From Bacteroidales bacterium (lineage in GTDB: Bacteria > Bacteroidota > Bacteroidia > Bacteroidales > G3-4614), in the NCBI GenBank assembly GCA_036656055.1, contig JAVVOY010000004.1, positions 12,841 to 76,840 on the forward strand: a DNA stretch of 64,000 nt, read 5' to 3'. This document shows positions 28,712 to 39,071 of this stretch, in pieces (within the stretch, counting starts at the first letter, position 1; each line of letters begins with the position of its first letter). The notes under the pieces are model-generated. The model made no database searches. It was not told the origin of the DNA and was given only the letters and a program-made list of their open reading frames with translations. The position numbers and the translations under genes are program-made.

Positions 28712-29971
28712 ATGCTCTATTATCTTTTTCAATATCTACACACACTTAGTTTCCCGGGATCAGGGATGTTTAAATATATATCATTTCGGGCATCTATCGC
28801 AATGATTTTATCCCTATTCTTCGCTATGATAATAGGACGGATTATAATAAATAGGCTGCAAAAGCATCAAATAGGAGAAACCATACGTGACCTCTCAATT
28901 GAGGGGCAACTTAGCAAGAAAGGGACACCTACAATGGGTGGAATAATAATAATAATATCCATCCTCGTTCCGTGTCTATTGGTTGGCAGACTCGATAATA
29001 TTTATATGATACTCATGATCATAACTACCATATGGTTAGGAGCACTCGGATTTGCCGATGATTACATAAAGGTTTTTAAAAAGGATAAAGAGGGGATGAA
29101 GGGAAAGTTTAAGATAATAGGGCAGGTAGGATTAGGTCTTATAGTAGGTGTTACCCTCTACCTTTCGCCAGATGTCGTAATGAGAGAAAACTCTTCGCAT
29201 ATTATCCCCCCAACAGAAATATCCGCCGATAACAAACATGCCGACTTCAAATCGACACAAACAACGATTCCGTTCATAAAAAATCACAACTTCGATTATG
29301 CCGACCTAGCATCCTTTGCCGGTGATAAAGCACAGACAATAGGATGGATAATTTTCATATTTGTAACAATAGTCGTGGTCACAGCTGTCTCTAATGGGGC
29401 TAATCTTACAGACGGATTGGACGGGTTGGCAACCGGAACATCAGCAATAATAGGAATAACACTGGGGATATTAGCATATCTCTCAGGGCACGTAATTTAT
29501 GCCTCCTACCTTGATATTATGTATATTCCGGGATCACAAGAGCTTGTAGTCTTCATAAGTGCTTTTGCCGGCGCCTTAATAGGCTTCCTGTGGTATAACG
29601 CTTATCCAGCACAGGTATTCATGGGGGATACCGGAAGCCTTACAATAGGCGGTATAATAGCCGTGCTGGCAATTATGCTTCACATGGAGTTACTGTTGCC
29701 ACTGCTGTGCGGACTGTTCTTCATAGAGAGTCTCTCAGTTATTATGCAAAGAGTTTATTTTAAATATACAAAAATACGGTACGGACAAGGGCGCAGGATA
29801 TTTAAGATGTCGCCGCTGCACCATCACTTTCAGAAATCAGGGGATGGTTCAATAAGTGCGCTTATACAGTACCCTAAAACACCTATTCCGGAGTCTAAGA
29901 TAGTAGTAAGGTTCTGGATTATCAGTATATTTCTTGCAGTGCTGACAATCGTAACATTAAAGATAAGATAA
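28712..29971 (+). CDS. mraY: Phospho-N-acetylmuramoyl-pentapeptide transferase
   Basis: 419 aa polytopic membrane protein. [10 protein letters not shown] and FMGDTGSL motifs. Confidence 0.97.
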   Translation: MLYYLFQYLHTLSFPGSGMFKYISFRASIAMILSLFFAMIIGRIIINRLQKHQIGETIRDLSIEGQLSKKGTPTMGGIIIIISILVPCLLVGRLDNIYMILMIITTIWLGALGFADDYIKVFKKDKEGMKGKFKIIGQVGLGLIVGVTLYLSPDVVMRENSSHIIPPTEISADNKHADFKSTQTTIPFIKNHNFDYADLASFAGDKAQTIGWIIFIFVTIVVVTAVSNGANLTDGLDGLATGTSAIIGITLGILAYLSGHVIYASYLDIMYIPGSQELVVFISAFAGALIGFLWYNAYPAQVFMGDTGSLTIGGIIAVLAIMLHMELLLPLLCGLFFIESLSVIMQRVYFKYTKIRYGQGRRIFKMSPLHHHFQKSGDGSISALIQYPKTPIPESKIVVRFWIISIFLAVLTIVTLKIR

Positions 29972-31308
29972 TGAATGATAGAGTTGTAATTTTAGGAGCA
30001 GGCGAAAGCGGAGCAGGAGCAGCAGTTCTCGCCAAAATAAAGGGTTTTGATGTCTTCGTATCGGACAGTTCTCTTATTAAGGATAACTATAAATCGCTGC
30101 TCAAAAAATATGATATTGAGTGGGAAGAGGAAAAACATACGATAGAACTAATCCTAAACGCCAACGAAATTATAAAGAGCCCCGGTATCCCCGACACTGT
30201 TCCGATAATAAAAGCAGTAAAGGAGAAGGATATTCCTGTAATATCTGAAATAGAGTTTGCCGGCCGTTATACCAATGCCAAGATGGTTTGTATAACCGGA
30301 AGTAACGGAAAAACCACCACAACTCTGCTCACATATCATATAATGAAGAGTGCCGGGCTCAAAGTTGGGTTAGCAGGAAACGTTGGTAAAAGTCTCGCAT
30401 TACAAGTTGCAACGGAAGATTTTGATTATTACGTGATAGAACTCAGCAGTTTTCAACTTGACAATATGTACGAATTTAAAGCGAACATCGCAGTTCTACT
30501 TAATATAACACCAGACCATCTTGATCGTTACGATTACCAAATGCAGAATTATGTAAACGCAAAATTCAGAATAACACAAAATCAGACAAACGATGATACC
30601 TTTATATACTGGAATGATGACCCTATAATTTCATGCGAGCTCAAGAAACATCCGCTTAAAGCAAAACTATTTCCGTTTGCCGAGAAAAAAGAGGATGGTG
30701 TAAAAGCATATAAAAAAGGGAATAAAATAATAATCGACGATGATACCGATATCATGACCTTTATGGACAGTGACTTTTCTCTTCAGGGACGTCACAATCT
30801 GTTCAACTCAATGGCAGCATCAATATCAGCCAAGATTCTTGATATAAAAAAGGACGATATACGCGAAGCTTTAAGCGATTTTAAAGGAGTTGAACACAGA
30901 TTGGAAAAGGCCGGAAGAATACGCGGCGTTGAGTTCATAAACGACTCCAAAGCTACAAACGTAAACTCCTGCTGGTACGCATTAGAGAGCGTTCAATCAC
31001 CGATAGTGCTAATACTCGGAGGAAAGGACAAAGGGAACGATTACACAGAAATTAATGACCTTGTAAAAGATAAGGTAAAGGGGATAGTATGCTTAGGCGT
31101 AGACAACTCCAAACTACATAGTTTTTTTGGACAGACTGGAGTGCCGATGCAAGATGCAGGATCGATGAAAGAAGCGGTTGAAAAATCATTCGCTATGGCA
31201 GAAAACGGAGACACTGTACTACTCTCACCGTGCTGCGCAAGTTTCGACCTGTTTAAAAGCTACGAAGACCGCGGAGAACAATTTAAAGAGTGCGTAAAAG
31301 AGTTGTAG
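29971..31308 (+). CDS. murD: UDP-N-acetylmuramoylalanine--D-glutamate ligase
   Basis: 445 aa. N-terminal Rossmann fold VVILGAGESGAGAA and P-loop ITGSNGKTTT. Start overlaps the mraY stop by 1 nt. Confidence 0.96.
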   Translation: MNDRVVILGAGESGAGAAVLAKIKGFDVFVSDSSLIKDNYKSLLKKYDIEWEEEKHTIELILNANEIIKSPGIPDTVPIIKAVKEKDIPVISEIEFAGRYTNAKMVCITGSNGKTTTTLLTYHIMKSAGLKVGLAGNVGKSLALQVATEDFDYYVIELSSFQLDNMYEFKANIAVLLNITPDHLDRYDYQMQNYVNAKFRITQNQTNDDTFIYWNDDPIISCELKKHPLKAKLFPFAEKKEDGVKAYKKGNKIIIDDDTDIMTFMDSDFSLQGRHNLFNSMAASISAKILDIKKDDIREALSDFKGVEHRLEKAGRIRGVEFINDSKATNVNSCWYALESVQSPIVLILGGKDKGNDYTEINDLVKDKVKGIVCLGVDNSKLHSFFGQTGVPMQDAGSMKEAVEKSFAMAENGDTVLLSPCCASFDLFKSYEDRGEQFKECVKEL

Positions 31309-31347
31309 CCTTTTTACGGTGCAAAAAGAGTTATTATATAAAAGGAG

Positions 31348-32610
31348 TTGATGGAAGAGACACATAAAATATTAAAAGGGGACAAATATATCTGGGGAGC
31401 ATATTTTGCCCTCTGCTTTATATCAATAATCGCAATGTACAGTGCGAGTGGGACTCTTTCGTTTAAAGGCGGAGATACGTTCGACCCCATACTCAGGCAC
31501 ACCATATATCTTATTCTCGGAACCATCCTTGTCTATCTCATACACCTAATTCACTACAAATACTTCAGGATGTTAGGATTCCCACTTTTTGTAGTTTCCT
31601 GCATACTATTAGTTTACGCTCTTTTTTTTGGAGAGAAAGTTAACGACGCCTCACGGTGGGTATCTCTTATGGGGATAAAGATGCAGCCGTCAGAACTTGC
31701 AAAAATGGGGGTTGTCATTTCAGTTGCTTTTTTCCTTGCAAAAGGGCAGATAGAAAAAGGCGTAGCACCGCAGACATTCAGCAAACTTCTGGCCGTTATA
31801 GGAATATCATGTCTACTTATATTTACCGAAAACTTCTCTACGGCTCTACTATTGGGAATTGTCTCATTCTGTATGATGCTTATAGGAGGAGTTCAGATAA
31901 AAAAACTTGTCGCGCTGCTACTTATCGCATTGATGTTTGTAGGAGGGATTTTATTTGCTGCACATAAACTCGACAAAGGTGAGGGCAATGAAACAGCAAT
32001 CACTAAAATCATACACCGCGCAAATACATGGAACGACCGTCTTGCCGGATTCTCAGGAAAAGACGGTCTGCCAGAGTACATGGAGAAGACAAACGATGAT
32101 AATTATCAGGAACATCATGCCCGAATGGCCATAGCCCATAGCCGTGGCATAGGGATAGGTCCGGGTAATAGTCGCGAGAGAGACTTCCTGCCACAGGCCT
32201 ATTCTGACTTCATATATGCCATAATAATAGAAGAGAGCGGCATCCTAGGAGGATTAGCAGTAATGGTGCTATATTTATCAATTCTGTTTAGAGCACTCAG
32301 AAATGCAAAAAAATGCACACGCGCCTTCCCAGCGTTTCTCATTCTTGGAATTGCGATGCTGATAGTTTTTCAGGCAATCATAAACATGTCGGTAGCCACC
32401 GGATTGATTCCTGTTACCGGACAGCCCCTCCCTTTAATAAGCCGAGGAGGAACATCTATTGTAATTACATGCTGTTATTTTGGAATGATGCTAAGCATAA
32501 GCAGGTTTGCAACTACTGAAGGGTTAATTGAAGAAAAGATGGAGGGAAGCACAGAACCACACATTCCAGAAGATATTTCAGCACCAAATCCTAATTTAAC
32601 AGAGAATTAA
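31348..32610 (+). CDS. ftsW: SEDS-family peptidoglycan glycosyltransferase FtsW
   Basis: 420 aa polytopic protein. Conserved MQPSELAK, SDFIYAIIIEE and PLPLISRGGTS segments. Confidence 0.93.
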   Translation: MMEETHKILKGDKYIWGAYFALCFISIIAMYSASGTLSFKGGDTFDPILRHTIYLILGTILVYLIHLIHYKYFRMLGFPLFVVSCILLVYALFFGEKVNDASRWVSLMGIKMQPSELAKMGVVISVAFFLAKGQIEKGVAPQTFSKLLAVIGISCLLIFTENFSTALLLGIVSFCMMLIGGVQIKKLVALLLIALMFVGGILFAAHKLDKGEGNETAITKIIHRANTWNDRLAGFSGKDGLPEYMEKTNDDNYQEHHARMAIAHSRGIGIGPGNSRERDFLPQAYSDFIYAIIIEESGILGGLAVMVLYLSILFRALRNAKKCTRAFPAFLILGIAMLIVFQAIINMSVATGLIPVTGQPLPLISRGGTSIVITCCYFGMMLSISRFATTEGLIEEKMEGSTEPHIPEDISAPNPNLTEN

Positions 32611-32611
32611 A

Positions 32612-33721
32612 ATGGACGGAAAATTAAAAATACTTATAAGTGGAGGCGGTACGGGAGGACATATTTTCCCGGCACTCTCCATTGCGCAAGCCATAAAGAT
32701 AAAACACCCTGAAGCAGAAATACTTTTCGTTGGAGCAGAAGGAAGAATGGAGATGGAACGCGTACCGGCAGCAGGGTATAAAATAGTAGGATTACCGGTA
32801 AGCGGGTTTAACAGAAAAAACCTAATAAAAAACATATCCGTCATAATACGTCTGATAAAAAGCCTTCGCACGGCAAACAAAATAGTAAAGGAATTTAAAC
32901 CAGATATTGCCGTCGGTGTTGGAGGATATGCTAGTGGTCCAACACTCTGGAGTGCTTCGCGACACGGCATCCCAACACTAATACAAGAGCAGAATTCATA
33001 TGCAGGTGTAACCAACAAACTACTCTCATCTAAAGTAGCTGCAATATGCGTGTCTTATGATGGAATGGAGAAGTTCTTTCCAAAGGAAAAAATAATCCTT
33101 ACCGGAAACCCGGTACGCCCCGAGCTAAGCAATAACAATATAACACGCGAAGAGGCAACTGAATTTTTTGGGATAGATAAAAATAAAAAGACCATTCTTA
33201 TAATAGGCGGTAGCCTCGGAGCAAGAACAATAAACGATAGCACAACGGCTGCGCTCGGTATAATTCCGGACTATGTACAATTAATCTGGCAGTCAGGAAA
33301 ATTATATGATGCTGCTGCAAAAACAGCTCTTAAGACCGTTGCAACAAAAAGTGTAATACAGAGTGCTTTCATTTCACGTATGGATATGGCATACAAGGCT
33401 GCCGATCTCGTTATTTCGCGAGCCGGAGCATGTTCAATTTCCGAACTTTGTTTATTAGGGAAACCTGTAATTTTGGTCCCCTCTCCTAATGTTGCGGAAG
33501 ATCACCAAACCAAAAACGCCATGGCACTGTCAGAAAAAGGGGCGGCTATACTAATCCGCGACACCGATGCCAGAAGAGAACTTATGGAAAGGGCTTTTTC
33601 AGTAATAAGCAATAAGGAGGCACTGATGGCAATGGGGAAAAAGATAGCTACTCTAGCACAGACAGATTCCGCAGAACGAATAGCTGATATTGTATTTGAT
33701 TTAGTAAGAGATAAAAAGTAA
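32612..33721 (+). CDS. murG: UDP-N-acetylglucosamine--N-acetylmuramyl-(pentapeptide) pyrophosphoryl-undecaprenol N-acetylglucosamine transferase
   Basis: 369 aa. GGGTGGHIFPAL N-terminal motif and C-terminal GACSISEL / EDHQTKNA. Confidence 0.96.
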   Translation: MDGKLKILISGGGTGGHIFPALSIAQAIKIKHPEAEILFVGAEGRMEMERVPAAGYKIVGLPVSGFNRKNLIKNISVIIRLIKSLRTANKIVKEFKPDIAVGVGGYASGPTLWSASRHGIPTLIQEQNSYAGVTNKLLSSKVAAICVSYDGMEKFFPKEKIILTGNPVRPELSNNNITREEATEFFGIDKNKKTILIIGGSLGARTINDSTTAALGIIPDYVQLIWQSGKLYDAAAKTALKTVATKSVIQSAFISRMDMAYKAADLVISRAGACSISELCLLGKPVILVPSPNVAEDHQTKNAMALSEKGAAILIRDTDARRELMERAFSVISNKEALMAMGKKIATLAQTDSAERIADIVFDLVRDKK

Positions 33722-33725
33722 AAAA

Positions 33726-35093
33726 ATGGAAAACAACTCATCAATATATTTTTTGGGAATAGGGGGTATAGGAATGAGTGCATTAGCACGCTATTTTCTT
33801 GCAAAAGGGTATAAAGTTGCTGGATATGATAAAACACCATCGCATATCACCGATGCACTCACTAAAGAAGGTGCAGAGATTGCATTTAATGAAGCTCCAT
33901 CTCTTATTCCTACATACTGCAAAGACAAAAATTCCACGCTTGTAGTCTTTACCCCAGCTGTTCCAGAGACACACGAAGGATTCTCTTTTTTCAGAAATAA
34001 TGGATTTGAAATGGTAAAGAGGGCAAAACTACTAGGGATGATAACAAGAAACAGTCGCGCCCTTTGCATTGCAGGAACTCACGGAAAGACTACAACATCA
34101 GGAATGCTGGCACATATCCTTGCCCAGTCGCCGATTGGTTGTAATGCCTTTTTGGGAGGAATACTGAAAAACTATAATAGTAACCTTATACTGTCAGATC
34201 ATAGCGATTTTACAGTAATTGAGGCCGATGAATACGACCGCTCGTTTCATCAGTTATCGCCGTATATGGCAGTAATAACCGCAGCCGATCCCGATCACCT
34301 TGATATTTACGGAACAGAGGAGGCATACCTTGAAAGTTTTGCCCACTTCACATCACTTATAAAACAAGGCGGAATACTGCTTATGAAAACAGGGCTGAAT
34401 GTAAAACCGAGGCTTGCCGAAGGGGTAAAATGTATGACTTTCGGAGTGGAAAATGGAGATTTTTATGCACAAAATATAAAAATAGGGAGAGGAGAGATAG
34501 TCTTTGATTTTGTAACTCCAGATGGTGTAATAAAAGATATAAATCCCGGTGTACCAATAAAAATAAATATCGACAATGCAATTGCAGCAATGGCAATTGC
34601 GCATCTTAACGGCATAAGCGACAATGATATACGAAGAGCTATTGGGTCATTCAAAGGGGCAGAACGAAGGTTCGATTTCTGGATAAAGGGAGATAAAACA
34701 GTTCTGCTTGACGATTACGCCCATCATCCGGATGAAGTTAGAGCATCTCTGCAATCAGTAAGAGAGCTCTACCCAGACAAACACATTACTGTTATATTCT
34801 ATCCGCACCTTTACACACGCACCAGAGACTTTGCTCCGCAATTTGCGGAATCGCTATCGCTTGCCAACCGAGTCATCCTACTCCCTATCTATCCGGCAAG
34901 AGAAGAACCAATAGAAGGAGTCACTTCAAAAATAATCCTCGACAAGCTTACGTGCAATGAAAAAGAGATATGCAGCAAAGAGATGCTGCTTGAAAGAATA
35001 AAAGAGGGTGATTTTGAACTACTTATGACAATGGGAGCAGGAGATGTTGACAGATTTCTTCCATATATTAAAGATATATTAGAAAACAGATGA
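33726..35093 (+). CDS. murC: UDP-N-acetylmuramate--L-alanine ligase
   Basis: 455 aa. GIGGIGMSALA and P-loop AGTHGKTTT. Confidence 0.96.
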   Translation: MENNSSIYFLGIGGIGMSALARYFLAKGYKVAGYDKTPSHITDALTKEGAEIAFNEAPSLIPTYCKDKNSTLVVFTPAVPETHEGFSFFRNNGFEMVKRAKLLGMITRNSRALCIAGTHGKTTTSGMLAHILAQSPIGCNAFLGGILKNYNSNLILSDHSDFTVIEADEYDRSFHQLSPYMAVITAADPDHLDIYGTEEAYLESFAHFTSLIKQGGILLMKTGLNVKPRLAEGVKCMTFGVENGDFYAQNIKIGRGEIVFDFVTPDGVIKDINPGVPIKINIDNAIAAMAIAHLNGISDNDIRRAIGSFKGAERRFDFWIKGDKTVLLDDYAHHPDEVRASLQSVRELYPDKHITVIFYPHLYTRTRDFAPQFAESLSLANRVILLPIYPAREEPIEGVTSKIILDKLTCNEKEICSKEMLLERIKEGDFELLMTMGAGDVDRFLPYIKDILENR

Positions 35094-35119
35094 AAGGGAA
35101 ATGAAATAGAATATATTAT

Positions 35120-35860
35120 ATGAAAAAGGTGCTCAAGTTCATATTACTACTTATTATGCCGGCATATTTATGCGCCGCTTTTGTCTATTGTGACATAAGG
35201 CACAGTTACAGCCGATGCAACGGGTTAGACGTGCGAATACTTGACAGTACTGCTACATGTTTTCTCTCGGCTGCCGATATAAAAGAACTTATAAAGAAAT
35301 CAGGGCTCGACCCAATAGGTAAACGGAGAGTTGATGTAAATGAAGCAAGGATAGAGAATTGCGTAAAAGGCAACTCGGTTGTGGAGTGCTCAGAGTGCTA
35401 CATCTCTCCATCGGGAAAGGCATACGTAGATGTATCTCAGCGCGTGCCTCTATTGCGCGTAATAGCAAATGACACATCCTATTATATAGATAAAAATGGC
35501 AAAATTATGCCACTCTCGAAATGGGTTGTTACATACGTCCCGGTAGCAACAGGCTACATAACGCCAAAGTATGCAATGGAGCAACTCTTCCCGTTTGCAA
35601 AATTTCTTGCATCTGGGAATAAATGGGAGAACCAGATTGAACAGATATATATTACTCCGACACAGGAAATTGAATTGATTCCGAGAATAGGCGGACAGTT
35701 GATTATTTTCGGAAAAATAAGTAACTTTGAGCAGAAATTAAATATGCTGGATATTTTGTATTCGCAATCGTTTGCCAAAACCGGATGGGATACATACGAT
35801 AAGATTAACCTTATTTTCGACGGACGCATAATTTGTACCAGACGACAAAAAGATAAATAA
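35120..35860 (+). CDS. ftsQ: Cell division protein FtsQ
   Basis: 246 aa. N-terminal TM anchor followed by POTRA/FtsQ-like region. Conserved position between murC and ftsA. Confidence 0.8.
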   Translation: MKKVLKFILLLIMPAYLCAAFVYCDIRHSYSRCNGLDVRILDSTATCFLSAADIKELIKKSGLDPIGKRRVDVNEARIENCVKGNSVVECSECYISPSGKAYVDVSQRVPLLRVIANDTSYYIDKNGKIMPLSKWVVTYVPVATGYITPKYAMEQLFPFAKFLASGNKWENQIEQIYITPTQEIELIPRIGGQLIIFGKISNFEQKLNMLDILYSQSFAKTGWDTYDKINLIFDGRIICTRRQKDK

Positions 35861-37245
35861 TGGAAACTGAAAAACTGATAGTGGCAATAGATCTCGGCTC
35901 TTCACATATAGTAGGTGTTGTAGGGAAAAAAGAGAATGACAAGATAAAGATAATCGCTGTTGAGCGAGAACCATCAGACGGCGCAATTCGTCGTGGTTGC
36001 ATCGCTAATATTGAGGAAGCAGCATCGAAGGTAAAAAAATTAGTAACAAAACTCGAAAACAAACTCTCCGCAAGGATAGATTGCGCTTATGTAGGCTTAG
36101 GGGGACAATCGGTTCGCTCAATAAGACATACCGCTTCGCGCCACCTGCCTGAAGGGACAAAGATATCGGAACACCTACTTTCAGAGCTCTATAATGAAGG
36201 ACGGAACTTCTCTATTGCAAACTCAGAAATTATAGATATTATCCCCAATGAAACAATAGTAAACGATTTTATTGTTGAACAACCCGTAGGAATGAGCGGC
36301 TCAAAAATACAGATAGACATGCAATTGGCCGTTGCAAGACAAGCTCTGTCTAAAAATATAAAAGCTGTATTCGACCGCATAAAACTCCCGATAGCAGGAA
36401 TAGTCCTTTCGGCAAAAGCTGATGCAAGTGCCCTACTCTCATCAGAAGATAAAATTGACGGTTGCGCACTGGTAAATTTCGGTGGGGGAACGACAACTGT
36501 CACTGTCTTCTGCGGAGGATTCTTAAGATATTTTGTAACTATACCTCTCGGTGGCAGAAATATTACACGCGATATAATATCGCTCGGATTTGTTGATGCT
36601 GAAGCCGAACGGTTTAAAATAACACTTGGAAGCGCAATCCTCAGCAGCGGAGAACAACTTAAAGGAATTACACTCGAAGGGCAGGGTAAAAACTCAATAA
36701 AGCCCAAAGACCTTAACAGAACAGCAGTTGCCAGAATGGAAGAGATTGCAGTTAATGTTGTAAACCAGATAAAAGAATCGGGATACAAAACCCAACTTAA
36801 GGGAGGAATTATAATCACCGGCAATGCCTCGCTGCTTAAAGACCTCCCCGAACTACTGCACAAAGAGAGCGGAATGGATGTAAGGTGCGGAAATATATCA
36901 GAAAATGTAATAACCGATAAAAACCTGAATATACAACTTTCGCAGTATGCACAGACAATAGGTATAATAATGTACGGTGGAGAAATCTGCATAACCCGTG
37001 AACGGGAAAAGGATAAATCTGGATTCTGGCCGTTTGCAAACGACAAAAAGCCACAAAAGTCACAAAAGCCACAAAACGAAAGGCACACAGCCGTACAAGC
37101 AAAGCAAGAACAGCCAAAAACAGAAAAGAGGGAGGAGAGAAAAGGCCCCGGGATCTTCGACAAGATAAAATCCCAGATCGTAGATATGATGGGTGAAGAC
37201 GAGAACGAGGATATTAACAAGACGAATAATAAAAACAGACCTTAA
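35860..37245 (+). CDS. ftsA: Cell division protein FtsA
   Basis: 461 aa. Actin-fold phosphate-1 motif IVAIDLGSSHIVGVVG. K/Q/E-rich linker. C-terminal amphipathic helix GIFDKIKSQIVDMM. Confidence 0.95.
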   Translation: METEKLIVAIDLGSSHIVGVVGKKENDKIKIIAVEREPSDGAIRRGCIANIEEAASKVKKLVTKLENKLSARIDCAYVGLGGQSVRSIRHTASRHLPEGTKISEHLLSELYNEGRNFSIANSEIIDIIPNETIVNDFIVEQPVGMSGSKIQIDMQLAVARQALSKNIKAVFDRIKLPIAGIVLSAKADASALLSSEDKIDGCALVNFGGGTTTVTVFCGGFLRYFVTIPLGGRNITRDIISLGFVDAEAERFKITLGSAILSSGEQLKGITLEGQGKNSIKPKDLNRTAVARMEEIAVNVVNQIKESGYKTQLKGGIIITGNASLLKDLPELLHKESGMDVRCGNISENVITDKNLNIQLSQYAQTIGIIMYGGEICITREREKDKSGFWPFANDKKPQKSQKPQNERHTAVQAKQEQPKTEKREERKGPGIFDKIKSQIVDMMGEDENEDINKTNNKNRP

Positions 37246-37248
37246 GAT

Positions 37249-38589
37249 ATGGATGAAAACAACGTTTTCGGAGCTATGATTCCCGATCCGTTCGCAGACA
37301 AGGGAACACCTATGGGACCTATAATAAAAGTTATAGGTGTTGGAGGAGGAGGAGGTAATGCAGTTACCAATATGTTTAAAACAGGTATTCATGACGTCTC
37401 CTTTGTTCTTTGCAACACCGACAGACAGGCAATGCTCCGTTCCGAGATAAAAGAAAAAATACAGATAGGACCGGGACTTGGAGCCGGAGGACGCCCCGAA
37501 GAGGGGAAAAGAATTGCCGAAGAGAACATAGAAAAGATTAATGCTCTTTTTGAAGACGATACACAAATGGTTTTCATTACAGCAGGAATGGGCGGAGGTA
37601 CTGGAACTGGAGCCGCACCGGTTGTTGCACGCGTTGCACGTGAACACGGCCTGCTTACTATAGGAATCGTTACAATTCCGTTCCTTTTCGAAAAAAGGAA
37701 CAAAATAGTGCAAGCATGGAAAGGTGTTGAGGAGATGCGCAAAAACGTTGATGCTCTCCTTATCATAAACAACGAACGCCTAAGGGAGATATATCCCGAT
37801 CTTAACTTCGTAAACGCATTTGAGAAGGCCGATGATACACTTACAAACGCAGCCAAAAGCGTTGCAGAACTGATTACAGTTGAAGGGAAGATAAATCTCG
37901 ACTTTGCTGATGTACGCAATACTCTAAAAGACGGCGGAGTAGCAATAATGAGTACCGGATACGGGGAAGGAGCAAACAGAATACTAAAAGCATTTGAAGT
38001 TGCTCTGCAATCACCACTACTGAAAGAGGGCGATGTCAATAATGCAAAAAAGATACTGTTTAACCTCTACCTCTCGTCAGAAGGAGACAATCCAGTATCA
38101 ATGGCTGAATCGAAAGAGATAAATACATTCATGGAGCGCTTCGGCAATGATATAAGCGTAATATGGGGATGTACAATAGATAATTCGCTTGGGGACAAAG
38201 TGAAAGTTACACTGCTGGCAACCGGATTTAATGTAGACTCCGAGATGCAGATACCAATGGCTCAGGAGTCCGTTAAAACCCAACCGGCAATAAAGCACGA
38301 AGACGATATTATAACAGAAGTGTACGGTAGCACCGCAGAAGACCGAATGTTTATGGACAGCGCACGCGCCTCATACATTACATTCTCGTTAGAAGAGATG
38401 GACGATGATGCATTCATTGACAAGGTCTCAAAAACTCCGGCATGCAACCGACCTACAAATTTCAAACAACAAGTAAGAGATAACGATAGTAACAAGGAGA
38501 CAAGACATATTGTCAATGTAAGAGAAGAGTTTAATACCAAAAACGAGCCGGAAGAGAACAAAGACGGCTCGAAACCGATATTTTTTTAA
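37249..38589 (+). CDS. ftsZ: Cell division protein FtsZ
   Basis: 446 aa. GVGGGGGNAV and tubulin signature GMGGGTGTGAAPV. Long disordered C-terminal linker. Confidence 0.98.
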   Translation: MDENNVFGAMIPDPFADKGTPMGPIIKVIGVGGGGGNAVTNMFKTGIHDVSFVLCNTDRQAMLRSEIKEKIQIGPGLGAGGRPEEGKRIAEENIEKINALFEDDTQMVFITAGMGGGTGTGAAPVVARVAREHGLLTIGIVTIPFLFEKRNKIVQAWKGVEEMRKNVDALLIINNERLREIYPDLNFVNAFEKADDTLTNAAKSVAELITVEGKINLDFADVRNTLKDGGVAIMSTGYGEGANRILKAFEVALQSPLLKEGDVNNAKKILFNLYLSSEGDNPVSMAESKEINTFMERFGNDISVIWGCTIDNSLGDKVKVTLLATGFNVDSEMQIPMAQESVKTQPAIKHEDDIITEVYGSTAEDRMFMDSARASYITFSLEEMDDDAFIDKVSKTPACNRPTNFKQQVRDNDSNKETRHIVNVREEFNTKNEPEENKDGSKPIFF

Positions 38590-38602
38590 AAGGAGACAAG
38601 AG

Positions 38603-39055
38603 ATGAATTTATTTGATTCGATAAACGATGGGATTAAAAATGCAATGCTGTCTAAGGACAAAGTTAGACTTGAGACCCTTCGTGCAATAAAAAAAGAGTT
38701 TCTCGAAGCAAAAACAGCCAAAGGAGCAGAAGGAGAGATGACCGACGAAACGGCTATGAAAATATTTTTGAAGATGGTAAAACAGCGGAAAGAGAGCGCA
38801 GAGATCTTCATAGCAAACAACCGTCCTGAAATTGCAGAAAACAACCTTGCAGAGGCAAAGATAATAGAGGAATATCTTCCCAAACAGATGAGCAACGAAG
38901 AGCTTGAAGAGTCTATAAAAAAGATTATAGCCGAAGTCGGTGCAACCACGCCACAACAGATGGGTGTGGTTATGGGAGCTGCCACAAAACAACTTGCAGG
39001 GAAAGCAGACGGAAAAGCAATATCAACAAAAGTAAAAGAGTTATTATCAAAATAA
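38603..39055 (+). CDS. GatB/YqeY domain protein
   Basis: 150 aa. Typical YqeY N-terminus IKNAMLSKDKVRLETLRAIK and C-terminal MGVVMGAATKQLAGKADGK. Confidence 0.88.
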   Translation: MNLFDSINDGIKNAMLSKDKVRLETLRAIKKEFLEAKTAKGAEGEMTDETAMKIFLKMVKQRKESAEIFIANNRPEIAENNLAEAKIIEEYLPKQMSNEELEESIKKIIAEVGATTPQQMGVVMGAATKQLAGKADGKAISTKVKELLSK

Positions 39056-39071
39056 GTAATGCAAAATAATT

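Noticed and set aside
36189-37220. 343-aa ORF antisense to ftsA.
   Set aside because: It lies entirely inside, and opposite to, a strongly supported ftsA. The translation is low-complexity (S/I/P/F-rich) with no motifs. This is the usual long antisense frame seen in AT-rich coding DNA.
37060-38039. Two ~217-aa ORFs (37060-37713 and 37389-38039) antisense to ftsZ.
   Set aside because: Both are antisense to a textbook ftsZ and have serine/cysteine-rich nonsense-like composition. They have no promoter box and no independent support.
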